From an uncultured virus (IMG/VR IMGVR_UViG_3300042863_002994) (taxonomy: Duplodnaviria > Heunggongvirae > Uroviricota > Caudoviricetes), in the IMG/VR virus record IMGVR_UViG_3300042863_002994: a DNA stretch of 64,000 nucleotides; one strand, given 5' to 3'. A program made the position numbers and the translations under genes. The notes beneath the pieces are model-generated. The model saw only the letters and a program-made list of their open reading frames with translations. It made no database searches and had not been told where the DNA came from. Below are positions 1 through 10,111 of the stretch, piece by piece (position 1 is the first letter of the stretch; every line of letters starts with the position of its first letter).

Positions 1-1
1 T

Positions 2-280
2 AATAGTAAAGATTATGATGAATATGAAGATAGTTATAATAAACCAACTAACAGAAATGAAATGATTGAATTAATGAATAGAATACATTTTATATTAAAT
101 GATATTATTGACAAAAATTATATAAACAATAACTTATTTTGTATAGGTGGCACAGAAATAGAAAGTAAAAATAACATATATGAATACTCTTTAAAGGTTA
201 TTGTTGGTAAGAATGGTTTTGATAAGTTAAAAACAAATGTTTATCCAAAAACTGGATGGGGATTATACTTCTCAATATGA
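2..280 (+). CDS. Hypothetical protein, 5'-partial; paralog of 18856..19377
   Basis: Frame is open from base 2; shares TNxNE..I..IL...YCIG...IYE...GWGLYF pattern with 18856..19377. Confidence 0.7.
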   Translation, partial: NSKDYDEYEDSYNKPTNRNEMIELMNRIHFILNDIIDKNYINNNLFCIGGTEIESKNNIYEYSLKVIVGKNGFDKLKTNVYPKTGWGLYFSI

Positions 281-291
281 AATATAAGGAT

Positions 292-300
292 TAATATATA
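292..300 (+). promoter_or_regulatory. Putative late promoter motif TAATATATA (representative copy)
   Basis: Same motif shortly upstream of starts at 4985, 5486, 6878, 6922, 9420, 27380, 54180, 57237 (+) and 30762, 37254, 39147, 44028, 53661, 62641 (-). Confidence 0.65.
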
Positions 301-304
301 GAAA

Positions 305-1207
305 ATGAAATATCTTAAAAAATTCAACGAATCTATAATAGATTGGGAAACTGATAATATAAAATCCTTTTATGAAGAATCGAAATCTCTTATAGATGAA
401 AAGAAATATATATCTAGAAGTGAATTGAATGATATTGGCAAAAAACATGGAGTAGAAGTTGTTGATTATGATACATTTTTCTCAGAACTTCCAGAATCAC
501 ATAAAGAAACTTCTCCACCAGAAGGAATTCCAGTATTTGGATTAGTTAATAGGAAAACTGATAAACCAAGGTTAGTAATACAAAGTGATAAGATCGATAA
601 TAGAATTCTGGATCAAGCTTATCATTATCTAAAACATGAAAATATACACGTAGGTCAAATTTCAAGAAAATCGGATCATATTAAAAAAGGTGAATTTATG
701 GGAGATGTTTCTGATAAAGGATCATACTTCGCAGATAAAGATGAAATTATGGCATTTGCTCAAACAATCTCAGATATGATCATGACCTTTAGACCAAAAA
801 ATATTGAAGAAGCAAAAAAAGAACTTAAATTCAACCATTTGTGGAATGATATTAAAAGGAGCATTGATGATAAAACAAAGAAAAGATATTTAAAATATAT
901 TTACCTTTATCTTGAAAAAGAATTTGAGAAAATGGGAATAAAAGATGAAAGACCTGCTTTTCCTAAAAAATCAAATAGATGTGAAGTTTGTGGAGGTGAT
1001 GGATATCACAAAATGAGTTGTTATGCGCCAAAAACAAAAGATATAAAAGTTGAAATTGAAGATGCTTATTCTAAATTCAAAGAGGGAAAATTAAAAGGTT
1101 CTGAATTCGATAAATTACTTGATAATGTGGTATCATCAGCCTCCACGGTAAGGGCATATCCAGATCTAGTAAATAAACTTAAAGAAATGGATAGATCATT
1201 TTATTAA
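305..1207 (+). CDS. HExxH (zincin-like) protein with N-terminal MKYLKKFNES leader and C-terminal CxxC..H...C motif
   Basis: LKHENIHVGQ followed by DEIMAFA; CEVCGGDGYHKMSC. Confidence 0.6.
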   Translation: MKYLKKFNESIIDWETDNIKSFYEESKSLIDEKKYISRSELNDIGKKHGVEVVDYDTFFSELPESHKETSPPEGIPVFGLVNRKTDKPRLVIQSDKIDNRILDQAYHYLKHENIHVGQISRKSDHIKKGEFMGDVSDKGSYFADKDEIMAFAQTISDMIMTFRPKNIEEAKKELKFNHLWNDIKRSIDDKTKKRYLKYIYLYLEKEFEKMGIKDERPAFPKKSNRCEVCGGDGYHKMSCYAPKTKDIKVEIEDAYSKFKEGKLKGSEFDKLLDNVVSSASTVRAYPDLVNKLKEMDRSFY

Positions 1208-1523
1208 AATTACTTTCTTCTTTTTCCGCTTTTGCCACTTATAACGAACATATTCAATTCCGTTATCATCCCACACTTTATATACAGCATTTACAAAAGG
1301 CTCTAACCAATCTTTACCATCTTCTATTACCCATTCTAATTTTGATTCAATACATTAACCATAACTATAGAATCCTTTGTCACCTCATCAAAATAGTTCA
1401 TCCATTCGTGCCATAGGTCTTTATACTCACCACCGATGACTTTATGATAGTATCTGAAATATTTTTCATCAAGATTCATCTCCTTACAAATCTCTTTTTG
1501 GATATTTCTTTACTTATCATCAT
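1196..1523 (-). pseudogene. Frameshifted small hypothetical gene
   Basis: Protein-like segments in successive frames: IQKEICKEMNLDEKYFRYYHK.. / ESKLEWVIEDGKDWLEPF / VNAVYKVWDDNGIEYVRY. Confidence 0.5.
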
Positions 1524-1890
1524 CAATCATTTTAAAATTTTTATTAAACTCACACATACCCTCAATTACCATATCACATTCACAATTTATGTTTCCTATG
1601 TATTGTACGGTGTGTGAATTATTCTCATCTTTTAGAGTGGCATGGTAGTAATATCCTTTATTCCAGTGAATACAAACTGAATCCAATAGATATATCTTAC
1701 CATTTTCAACTCTTTCGAATCTTTTGTTCAAAAGAGGATGTGAGTCTATTTTTCCGTTATCTCCGAGCCATTGTTCGGTAGCAAAGCAATATTGACCGTT
1801 TGGAAATCTGGTTACATCCCAGATTCCATCTTTTTCATCTTTGCCAGCAGCTCTTCTATATTTAGAATATTGTTCTAAGTTGAAATTCAT
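1510..1890 (-). CDS. Hypothetical protein
   Basis: 126-aa ORF directly after a TATATTTG element (1895-1902). Confidence 0.75.
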   Translation of the reverse strand: MNFNLEQYSKYRRAAGKDEKDGIWDVTRFPNGQYCFATEQWLGDNGKIDSHPLLNKRFERVENGKIYLLDSVCIHWNKGYYYHATLKDENNSHTVQYIGNINCECDMVIEGMCEFNKNFKMIDDDK

Positions 1891-1936
1891 AATACAAATA
1901 TAAGGATTATTTTTCTTAGGTTAATTTGATGGTTTA

Positions 1937-2080
1937 TTAATTTTGCAATTCTCTCATTTCAATGCCTTTTAGTCCTATTGCCAGAAATCTGGATACTTTT
2001 GTCCATTCACGATATTTCATAAGTGATAGTAATGGCAATAATGCTCGTATTTCGACTTCATCGTTACAAAGGCCTACCAT
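1937..2080 (-). CDS. Small hypothetical protein (47 aa, below ORF track cut-off)
   Basis: MVGLCNDEVEIRALL...EMRELQN*; overlaps the stop of 2074..2331. Confidence 0.35.
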   Translation of the reverse strand: MVGLCNDEVEIRALLPLLSLMKYREWTKVSRFLAIGLKGIEMRELQN

Positions 2081-2331
2081 TCTTCTTCTTCCCAATCAGA
2101 GTCCTCATCATCAAAATTTTCCGAATCTGATGGATAAACATCCATTTCTTCAAAAAATTCTAAAAGATCCCATTCTTCGTCTTCTGTTAGTTCAAGGTCT
2201 TCTATTTTAAATTCCCATCCATCGGATTTTTTATAGGATATTTTTCCTACATACTTTAATTCTTCTAATTTTTCAAATAAAGAATCGGTGTCATCACATT
2301 CGTCAAAAATGTAAATTGGTTTAAGTTTCAT
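2074..2331 (-). CDS. Acidic hypothetical protein
   Basis: 85 aa, D/E-rich tail, in operon context. Confidence 0.7.
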   Translation of the reverse strand: MKLKPIYIFDECDDTDSLFEKLEELKYVGKISYKKSDGWEFKIEDLELTEDEEWDLLEFFEEMDVYPSDSENFDDEDSDWEEEEW

Positions 2332-2332
2332 G

Positions 2333-3067
2333 TTAATTGTTTTTAAAAATTTTTATTAATTCTGTTGTTGGTATTCTATTTTCAATCTTATCAGATTTAT
2401 GTTTCCAAACTACTCTTAAAGATCCATTTACTATTCCAATTCCTATTGTGTTTTCTCCAACTGAAATTTTAAATGTACTTTCTTTGAGTTCAATTGGAAT
2501 TATTTCTAGATTTGGATTCTCATCCCAGTTTTCTATATTTCTTAAAAATTGAAAATTTTCCCTTTTTAGGTATTCATCACTCAAAAGTTTTAAAAGATCA
2601 GATTTTTTTTTCATTATTTCATTTTTCCTAACTCCAAATACATCCTTATGTGAAAATCCAAGTGTTATATGCAAATCATGATCTGGAAGTTCATATCTTT
2701 TTCTAACAGATTCTAATTTATCACTTTTACAAACAACAAAATAAGTAGTGTTCTCATTTCTTTTTGCAGTACCTACTCCCATCATTTTAAGATCATCGAT
2801 TGGGAATTTGAAAACTTTATCAAGAGAATTAACAAATTTATCAATTCCCATTTCCTTTGAAAGTCTATTATAATCCATTACGTTCATTATTGTGACATGG
2901 TATGAGCCCCTATCTCTGTTCTGTTGATTTGATATATATTTATCATATTCATCGCCTAAATGATCTTTTAATTCATCCAGGAATTTTTGAATAGTTGATT
3001 GATCTATCTTTATTCCAAGATAGTTGTTTCCAGTAATATCCTTAATATGTGTTATATAGTATGTCAT
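2333..3067 (-). CDS. 2H phosphoesterase family protein
   Basis: Two HxT motifs (YHVTI, LHITLG) with typical spacing. Confidence 0.75.
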   Translation of the reverse strand: MTYYITHIKDITGNNYLGIKIDQSTIQKFLDELKDHLGDEYDKYISNQQNRDRGSYHVTIMNVMDYNRLSKEMGIDKFVNSLDKVFKFPIDDLKMMGVGTAKRNENTTYFVVCKSDKLESVRKRYELPDHDLHITLGFSHKDVFGVRKNEIMKKKSDLLKLLSDEYLKRENFQFLRNIENWDENPNLEIIPIELKESTFKISVGENTIGIGIVNGSLRVVWKHKSDKIENRIPTTELIKIFKNN

Positions 3068-4257
3068 TATTTTTTAAATTCTTCTGATTCTAATCTATTT
3101 ATTTCATCTCCCAATGCCTTTGCCTTGAATCCCAAATCCATAAGTTCTTTAGCAGATACTTTTGGAACAAAATCTATGAATTTAGTTAAATATTTATCAT
3201 TTAACTTAGCAACTCTTATCCAATCAAGTATTTCATCATTGCTTATATGACATCTACTTTTTGCTTTATAAAAATCCATAACTGAATCTGAATTGAAATC
3301 CATCAAAGATATTAAGAATTTAACTTTTCTTGATACATCAATTGGTATCTTCCAAGATTGAACCATTTTATTTTCTAGAGTTTCCAAATTCTCGTTTTTG
3401 AAGATATTCGCAAGATGAGATACAATATAGTTAGAATCAATCATTTTGTTGTTTATAATAGATCCTGGAAATGCTTCTCCCCACATATTATATTCATTAT
3501 AAAACTCTAAGTATCTTTTAAAATCTTTAGATTGTTTAAATGCTTTTTCAAACTCTTCCCAGATCCTTTCTTGTGATACATCATCTTTAGGACCAACTCC
3601 TTTTAGTCGATTATCTCTTTTAATGGCATTAGATGTTTCTTCTTCAATTTCACCGCCAGTTCTCGCGGCAAACCTGAATATCCTGCATATCCTTAAACGA
3701 TCTTCTATGAACCTTTGATTTGCATCACCAACAGCTCTTATTATACCATTTTTAATATCATCTATACCACCAACTAAATCGACAATTTTTTTATTTTGAA
3801 TATCATAGAAAAGAGAATTTATTGTGAGATCACGCCTCATACAATCGTCTTCTATAGTAACATCTGAACCGATTTCTACTTTTTGATCTTCTCCTTTGGT
3901 GTCTCTGCCTTTTGAAATATCTCTGCGATATGTTGCTACTTCATAACCTTCTGGATCATCTTTTGTATAAACTCTAAGAACTCCAAAATTCTTTCCTTGT
4001 TCATCAGAAACATTAAAATCCTTTAATATTTTTTTTGACTCTTCTGGAAGAGCATTTGTAACTAAATCATAATCTTTTGGGGGTATTCCTTTTATGAAAT
4101 CTCTAACGGCACCTCCCACAAGGAATATTTCTTTTCCTGCTTTTATATAAGCATCAGATATCTGGATAATGTCTTTTGGTAGTGGGATCTCTAAAGAAGA
4201 TCTTTTCTCTACCAAGAAATTATTGTAGTTACTAATATATTTTTTACTATTTATCAT
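3067..4257 (-). CDS. cca: CCA tRNA nucleotidyltransferase / poly(A) polymerase family
   Basis: LVGGAVRD..DYDLVT, RRDLTINSL, F.EDRLRI.R.FRFA, SQERIWEE motifs. Confidence 0.9.
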   Translation of the reverse strand: MINSKKYISNYNNFLVEKRSSLEIPLPKDIIQISDAYIKAGKEIFLVGGAVRDFIKGIPPKDYDLVTNALPEESKKILKDFNVSDEQGKNFGVLRVYTKDDPEGYEVATYRRDISKGRDTKGEDQKVEIGSDVTIEDDCMRRDLTINSLFYDIQNKKIVDLVGGIDDIKNGIIRAVGDANQRFIEDRLRICRIFRFAARTGGEIEEETSNAIKRDNRLKGVGPKDDVSQERIWEEFEKAFKQSKDFKRYLEFYNEYNMWGEAFPGSIINNKMIDSNYIVSHLANIFKNENLETLENKMVQSWKIPIDVSRKVKFLISLMDFNSDSVMDFYKAKSRCHISNDEILDWIRVAKLNDKYLTKFIDFVPKVSAKELMDLGFKAKALGDEINRLESEEFKK

Positions 4258-4277
4258 CTTACAAATATACTAAAATT

Positions 4278-4967
4278 TCATTCTTTATATAAATAATTTA
4301 TTGGATAATTCTTAATATCATTGTATATGTTCTCCATAGTATAATCGAATTCTAATGTAAAATCCTCTCTATTAAGTGATTCTCTTATTCTATCATGCAT
4401 AGTAGAATATTTTGGAAATCCTGAACCATAATGGCCTCCTTCCTCAAAACAAGCTAAAAGTTGTTTTTTAAATATCATTGCCGCTCTTCTAGACAAGTTC
4501 CAAACATTTTCCGCCATCTCTAAATATATTCCATTGAACTTCATTTTACCATCAATAATATCATATTTTATTACTGGGTAAGGACCTTGATAACATCCTT
4601 CAAAGTGCGGATCCTTTAGATTTTTATTACAAATCTCAATAGTCTCTTCATCAACTGGTATAATATTCATGTAAAAGTATAAATACAATGTATTGTCTCC
4701 TTCTTTTGCGTCAATTATATTTTCAGAAGTTACATCATCCATAAAATCCAATGCTAAATAAAAATCACCGGAATACATTTTACTAAAATAAAGTTTAGAA
4801 GATCCCCACTCTTGAAATTCATCTTTCAATTTTTTCCAGTTCGAATTAATTGAGTGTTTTTGAATGGCCTCTGCTCTTTTAACATGTCCAATCTTTTTTA
4901 GTTTTCTTGCAGCACTTTGATATGTGCTATATTCTAACTCTTCATTGAATTTTTTTAAGTGTTTCAT
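4278..4967 (-). CDS. Hypothetical protein with MKHLKKFNEE leader
   Basis: 229-aa ORF, leader motif. Confidence 0.75.
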   Translation of the reverse strand: MKHLKKFNEELEYSTYQSAARKLKKIGHVKRAEAIQKHSINSNWKKLKDEFQEWGSSKLYFSKMYSGDFYLALDFMDDVTSENIIDAKEGDNTLYLYFYMNIIPVDEETIEICNKNLKDPHFEGCYQGPYPVIKYDIIDGKMKFNGIYLEMAENVWNLSRRAAMIFKKQLLACFEEGGHYGSGFPKYSTMHDRIRESLNREDFTLEFDYTMENIYNDIKNYPINYLYKE

Positions 4968-4988
4968 AATACTATATATAATTTTAAT

Positions 4989-5589
4989 ATATATAAATTA
5001 TGAAATGGTTAAAAAGATTTAATGAATCAAAAGATTTAAACTTTGAAGAAATTTATGATCAAGAAATAAGATTCATAGAAAATTCCATGACTTATATCGC
5101 AGATGAATATGATTTATCTTATAGAGATGAAGATGTTAATTGGTCAGATCAACAGGATCCTGAGAATTACTACCATATTTTAAATGATGAATATAGGAAA
5201 AGAACAGATAGAAATTTGTATGGATATGAACATATTATAACTATCTATATTATGTTGCATGTCGGAAAATTCAATAGATTAGCTTTAAGAAAATCTGATT
5301 GGAAAATGATACTAAATAATAAATATCCAAACATTATAACAAAAATAGAAAAACTAAAAGATGATGCCACAAAATTTATTGAGAGTAATGGAAATATAGT
5401 TGAAACGCAATTAGAAGTCTATAAATATTATGGTAGTGTTGATGAGCACCTTAAAGTAAGATTGACTTTTGCATTAAAAAGAAATTAATATATAAATTAT
5501 GAAATGGTTAAAAAAATTTAATGAATCAAAAGATTTAAACTTTGAAGAAATTTATGATCAAGAAATAAGATTCATAGAAAATTCAATGA
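4989..5589 (+). repeat. ~102-bp direct repeat (4989-5090 and 5488-5589) covering promoter motif plus first ~30 codons
   Basis: Near-identical sequence (2 mismatches seen) encoding MKWLK[RK]FNESKDLNFEEIYDQEIRFIENSM. Confidence 0.95.
5000..5488 (+). CDS. Hypothetical protein with MKWLKRFNES leader
   Basis: 162-aa ORF. Confidence 0.75.
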   Translation: MKWLKRFNESKDLNFEEIYDQEIRFIENSMTYIADEYDLSYRDEDVNWSDQQDPENYYHILNDEYRKRTDRNLYGYEHIITIYIMLHVGKFNRLALRKSDWKMILNNKYPNIITKIEKLKDDATKFIESNGNIVETQLEVYKYYGSVDEHLKVRLTFALKRN

Positions 5590-6851
5590 TTAATATATCG
5601 GATGACTTTGATATATCTTATATGGAAATACCTCCAAGTACTTGGTCTGAAGAAGAAGATTGTTATTATTTTCATAAGTATATAGACCATCACAAATGGG
5701 TATCTTTGTTGGCAACTATAAGACTAAATGTTGAATTTAGTTACAAAGAAAACTACTTAGAATTAAAAGATAAAATAAATTCTAAACATCCTGGACTTTT
5801 AGAAGAAATCTATGTGATCAAGGAAGATTGTTTAAAATTTTTTACAAAAAATGGCACTAGATCAAAAGTTGATATTAATTTACTATCTTACTCAAAAGAT
5901 TGCGTACTAATAAATATTAGTTTTAAAATAAAACAAAATGAAATATATGATAATTTTGAAAGTAAAAATAGAATCAAGGGAAGTCAACAAAATCTATCAG
6001 AAAGATTCAAATATAAAAACATAACAACAGAAGAAATAAGAGAAACAATTAAAAAAGGAGGATATATCTATGCAACAATAGTTAAAGGATTTCCAAATAA
6101 TGATAAAAATGAACCACTAAAACCAGTTGATATAGATGATGAAGGTCTTATAACCGTTGAATTCAGAGGACAAATATATGAAGTAGATATAGAAGATGTT
6201 GATAAAGTAGATATTTCTACAAATGAGAACACATCATATGGAGATAGAAAAGATTTCTCAGAAATGAAATATATTGATATAGCAAGGCATTTTAGTGGAT
6301 TGAAAAGACAAATGGAATTTGCTTTTTATAATGGCACTTGGGATATACTATCATATCTGGGCAAACCCGATTATTCTTTTTCCGCTTGGCGATCATTTGT
6401 AGATCCTGAGGATATGAAAGAAGTTTATAAAAGATTAGAAGAAATGGAAGAATACTTAATTTCAACCATAGATAAATACAAAGAAATAGAGACGAAAATA
6501 GAAGATATAAATGATCGATCTGCATCATCTGGTGAATTTGAGTATGAATTACTCTGCATCAAACCATACGGCGAATGGAATGAAATAGCTGATGATAAAG
6601 GAAGTATATTCACACAAAATCAAACAGGAATCAAAACACAACTAAGAAGATGGGATGCTCAATTTTGTATTTATATAGATCTGGCAGAAGATATAGAAGG
6701 AACAAATTTTTATAAAAAATCTCACTATGAAAAGATATTTGCAATATCCGAACTACTGAAATGGATAAAGAGAGATTTCCAAGAAATTGAAGTTTTTACA
6801 GCTAGACTAGAAGGAAAAGATAAGGTTATGGTTGTTTTTTCTTGTAAGTAA
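5499..6851 (+). CDS. Multi-domain hypothetical protein with MKWLKKFNES leader
   Basis: 450-aa ORF; N-terminal third is paralogous to 5000..5488. Confidence 0.75.
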   Translation: MKWLKKFNESKDLNFEEIYDQEIRFIENSMINISDDFDISYMEIPPSTWSEEEDCYYFHKYIDHHKWVSLLATIRLNVEFSYKENYLELKDKINSKHPGLLEEIYVIKEDCLKFFTKNGTRSKVDINLLSYSKDCVLINISFKIKQNEIYDNFESKNRIKGSQQNLSERFKYKNITTEEIRETIKKGGYIYATIVKGFPNNDKNEPLKPVDIDDEGLITVEFRGQIYEVDIEDVDKVDISTNENTSYGDRKDFSEMKYIDIARHFSGLKRQMEFAFYNGTWDILSYLGKPDYSFSAWRSFVDPEDMKEVYKRLEEMEEYLISTIDKYKEIETKIEDINDRSASSGEFEYELLCIKPYGEWNEIADDKGSIFTQNQTGIKTQLRRWDAQFCIYIDLAEDIEGTNFYKKSHYEKIFAISELLKWIKRDFQEIEVFTARLEGKDKVMVVFSCK

Positions 6852-6949
6852 GAGATTTAAAAGGAAGGACAAATATTTAATATATAGGATGAAACAATGG
6901 ATTAGGAGGAACAGCCTTTTTTAATATATAAAATTAAAAAAGTAATATT

Positions 6950-7867
6950 ATGTTAATATCTGAATATGTAGAAATAATTTTGACTAATAGAAATTTAAAA
7001 AATTTAGTTAAAAGATATGATTTATCAAAAAATTTAAAAGAGGGTGATATTGTAAAAATATCAATAGATAATCTATCCAAATCTTCTCATTATTATGTGG
7101 TCATAACATGTGATTACTGCAATAAGGAATTAAAAATTCCATTTAAGAGATATAACCTATCAACAAAAATAGTAAATAAATCTGCTTGTTCATCAGTAGA
7201 CTGTTCGAACCAAAAAATAAAAGATGTTTGTCAGGTTAAATATGGTGTTGATAATCCATTCCAATCGGAAAAAGTAAAGATTAAAACAATTGATACTCTT
7301 ATAGGAAAATATGGAGTAAGTCATCCCATGTTTTTAAAGGAGACCAAAGATAAAATAAAAGAAACTTGTTTTATTAAGTATGGAGTCGATAATTATACAA
7401 AAACAGAGGAGTGTAAAGAAAAAACAAAAAAAACTTGTTTAGATAAATACGGAGTTGATCATCAATCCAAGACAACTATGGGACAGGAGATTAGGAAAAT
7501 GACAAGAATTGAAAATGGTCTTCAAATACCAGACCACCTAGTCCCAGAGTATAGGAAATATAGACTCGAAGTTAATAGAATAACAAATAGGATTAAAAAT
7601 AGTATATTGGAAATCTGGGATGGCAATGATTACTATGACGATGAGTATATAAAAGATAACTTCAGTTTAAATCCAAATGACAGAAATTTTCCACATTTTG
7701 ATCATAAAATATCTGTCATTTACGGGTTCAAAAATAACATATCACCTGAATTAATAGGCGATATAGATAACATATGTATAACTAAACAATGGATTAACGG
7801 TATGAAAAGAGAAAAATGTGAAGAAGAGTTTAAGAAAGAATTCATAATCCATCAAATAAAAATATAA
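6950..7867 (+). CDS. Putative homing endonuclease: CxxC domain, KYGV repeats, HNH-like C-terminus
   Basis: CDYC, four KYGV repeats, DHKIS...NICITKQWIN. Confidence 0.65.
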   Translation: MLISEYVEIILTNRNLKNLVKRYDLSKNLKEGDIVKISIDNLSKSSHYYVVITCDYCNKELKIPFKRYNLSTKIVNKSACSSVDCSNQKIKDVCQVKYGVDNPFQSEKVKIKTIDTLIGKYGVSHPMFLKETKDKIKETCFIKYGVDNYTKTEECKEKTKKTCLDKYGVDHQSKTTMGQEIRKMTRIENGLQIPDHLVPEYRKYRLEVNRITNRIKNSILEIWDGNDYYDDEYIKDNFSLNPNDRNFPHFDHKISVIYGFKNNISPELIGDIDNICITKQWINGMKREKCEEEFKKEFIIHQIKI

Positions 7868-7895
7868 AAATATCCCCATTTGGGGATATTTTTTT
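7866..7895. terminator. Bidirectional intrinsic terminator
   Basis: AAAAATATCCCCA-TT-TGGGGATATTTTT between convergent genes. Confidence 0.85.
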
Positions 7896-9345
7896 AGTGA
7901 GTGTTCTCAATGGTAATTTGTTTAGTCTTTCCGTTTGACCTGGTTATCGGACAAGGAACTCCAACTGAAATAATTAGTAGATTTTTCTTCAACCTTGAAG
8001 TGTCAAGACTATCAGTAAATCCGTCTGTAAGAAGTACGCTTGCATAATCATTATAGTTTTCAATGACATACTCGATTGCTGGAGTCATTGCAGTTCCACC
8101 AAGGCCGTGTATCTTCATAGTCTCAAGTTTTCGTTTACTCTTAAAATTTTCTACCCATTTAACTTCTGTATCAGATTGTATAAAATTGATCTCGATGTCG
8201 TTTTGATAAACATAACTCAATACTCTCTCAAACGTGCCAGAACCCGACATGCTACCCGATGTGTCAAGTATGACATTGATCTTAGTCTTTACTTTCCTGT
8301 TACCTTTAAGACCGGATATTCCTTTTCTATTTGGTTTAACAATAGTCTTTTGTTTCTTTGTTCCAAAGATAAGAGTTGATACGGATCTCTTAATTTCTTT
8401 AAGATAGTCTTTTCTTTTCTTTCTTAGTTTATTAAGAGTAGTTTCAATATCACCAGAAGTGAGTCCTCTTGATTCAAGACGATCCATGATATCTCTTACC
8501 ATAGCCTCACGCATTTCCTCTGGTACATCATCTCCCATGTGTTTATCAAGGTATTCTCCTCCATTCTTATCAATGTCATCAAAGATTTGTTCTTTAGACC
8601 AAGTATCAATTGGTTCGCCATTTTTTGAAGGATTTTTACCATAGGGACCATAAGATGGTTTTCCAGTTGAGTCTTTACCACCTTCATTTCCGGTTCCGTT
8701 GCAATCCTGACATGGTTTACCATTTCCACTACCACCACAAGATTGTCCATCACCTTCTCCATCGCCTTCGCCTCCATCTTTTCCCTTACTTTCGCCTTTA
8801 CCCTTTTCTTCTCCTGATCCATCACAAGATTTACATTGATTCTGAGATTTATTGGATTTATCCCATTTTTCTTTTTCTTCTTTGAGCCACTCATAGAGTT
8901 CTTCGAAAATAAGTTTACCTGTATATTCTTTAGGAATAAACAAAGCCATATTTTTACCTTCTTTGGTTTTTGGAATTTCAACGAAGGTATGTGAAATATC
9001 TTCCCAGATAAGATGGTTTATAATCATATCTTGTGCGATATTTGAAAGTCGGTGATCATATTGACCAGCCATTGTTCGCCTTGGGTGATTGAAAAGAAGG
9101 TGGAAATCTTCGTGAAGTGTTATGAAGTTAACTTCTTTTTGTGACATATTCTCAAGGAATGATGGTGAGTAAAAGAAGTTCATACCGCTTGAAGATACGT
9201 TTACTCCACAAGTTCCTACGCTTTCTTGTTCTTTGAAGTTTATGTGAAGATTGAATTCGCCATAATATGGCAGATTCACTTTTGTATCAATCAACATTTC
9301 TTGAATTGAACGTAGTAGTTTTTCGTGAATATTTTTTACAATCAT
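7894..9345 (-). CDS. Putative metallopeptidase (DUF2201-like) plus vWA domain protein
   Basis: LHEDFH..H, NIAQD.IIN; DTSGSMS MIDAS, GGT, LTDG; two CxxCxGxG repeats. Confidence 0.85.
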   Translation of the reverse strand: MIVKNIHEKLLRSIQEMLIDTKVNLPYYGEFNLHINFKEQESVGTCGVNVSSSGMNFFYSPSFLENMSQKEVNFITLHEDFHLLFNHPRRTMAGQYDHRLSNIAQDMIINHLIWEDISHTFVEIPKTKEGKNMALFIPKEYTGKLIFEELYEWLKEEKEKWDKSNKSQNQCKSCDGSGEEKGKGESKGKDGGEGDGEGDGQSCGGSGNGKPCQDCNGTGNEGGKDSTGKPSYGPYGKNPSKNGEPIDTWSKEQIFDDIDKNGGEYLDKHMGDDVPEEMREAMVRDIMDRLESRGLTSGDIETTLNKLRKKRKDYLKEIKRSVSTLIFGTKKQKTIVKPNRKGISGLKGNRKVKTKINVILDTSGSMSGSGTFERVLSYVYQNDIEINFIQSDTEVKWVENFKSKRKLETMKIHGLGGTAMTPAIEYVIENYNDYASVLLTDGFTDSLDTSRLKKNLLIISVGVPCPITRSNGKTKQITIENTH

Positions 9346-9366
9346 TGTTTGCTATTTAATTTTAAA

Positions 9367-9397
9367 CAAATATAGGATAAAAAGTTCTATTTACAAA
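9367..9397 (-). promoter_or_regulatory. Bacteroidota-type sigma promoter (TTTG-19 nt-TATATTTG), representative copy
   Basis: TAnnTTTG also at 1895, 4262, 12293, 14231, 16999, 22631 (-) and 17826, 30791, 32458, 36287, 53695 (+), each shortly upstream of a start codon. Confidence 0.75.
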
Positions 9398-9433
9398 ATT
9401 TTTTAAATAGGGAGAGTTTTAATATATATTATA

Positions 9434-10111
9434 ATGATTTTAGATAAAAAGGTTAAGGTTAAAATAACGAAGAAGAATATTGATCATTATAAAAATTTTT
9501 ATGAGAGCATATCATTAAAAGATGAAATTGAGATAGATACTGAAACTCAATTGCAGAAAGGAAGTAATTTAAAAATAAATGTTTCATGTGATTTGTGTAA
9601 TATACAAAGATATATAAAATATCAGTCTTATGTGAAGAATATTAATTGTTGTGAGAAGTATCAAATTTATACTTGTGATAAGTGTTCTCATATAAAATTG
9701 AAGGAATATAATTTAAATCATTATGGTGTAGAATACTATTCTCAACATCCTGATAGAAATGAAAAAGTTAGATTAACTTCTTTAGAGAGGTTTGGTGTTG
9801 ATCATTATAGTAAAACTGATGAGTATATAGAAAGAAGAGGTAAGACGAATATTGAAAAATTTGGTTTTATTAATCCTTTTATGGATAAAGATATGATTAA
9901 ATCATCTTTTTTTATTAAATATGGTTTTGAGAATCCCTCTCAAGTAGAAGAATTTAGTGAAAAGGCAAAAATTAGCACTAGAGAAAAGAACGAAGAACTC
10001 AAGTATTGGATTCCTCTTAGTCAAAAAACAGACTGGGAAATTTATAAAAATAAAGTTAGAAATCTGACCAGGTTGTCTATTAAAGATATAGAATGGGATG
10101 GTACAGATTTT
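9434..10111 (+). pseudogene. 5' part of KYG-repeat HNH-like endonuclease interrupted by foreign DNA
   Basis: Collinear with 6950..7867 up to WDGTD (WDGND in paralog), then an abrupt change to unrelated sequence. Confidence 0.8.
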
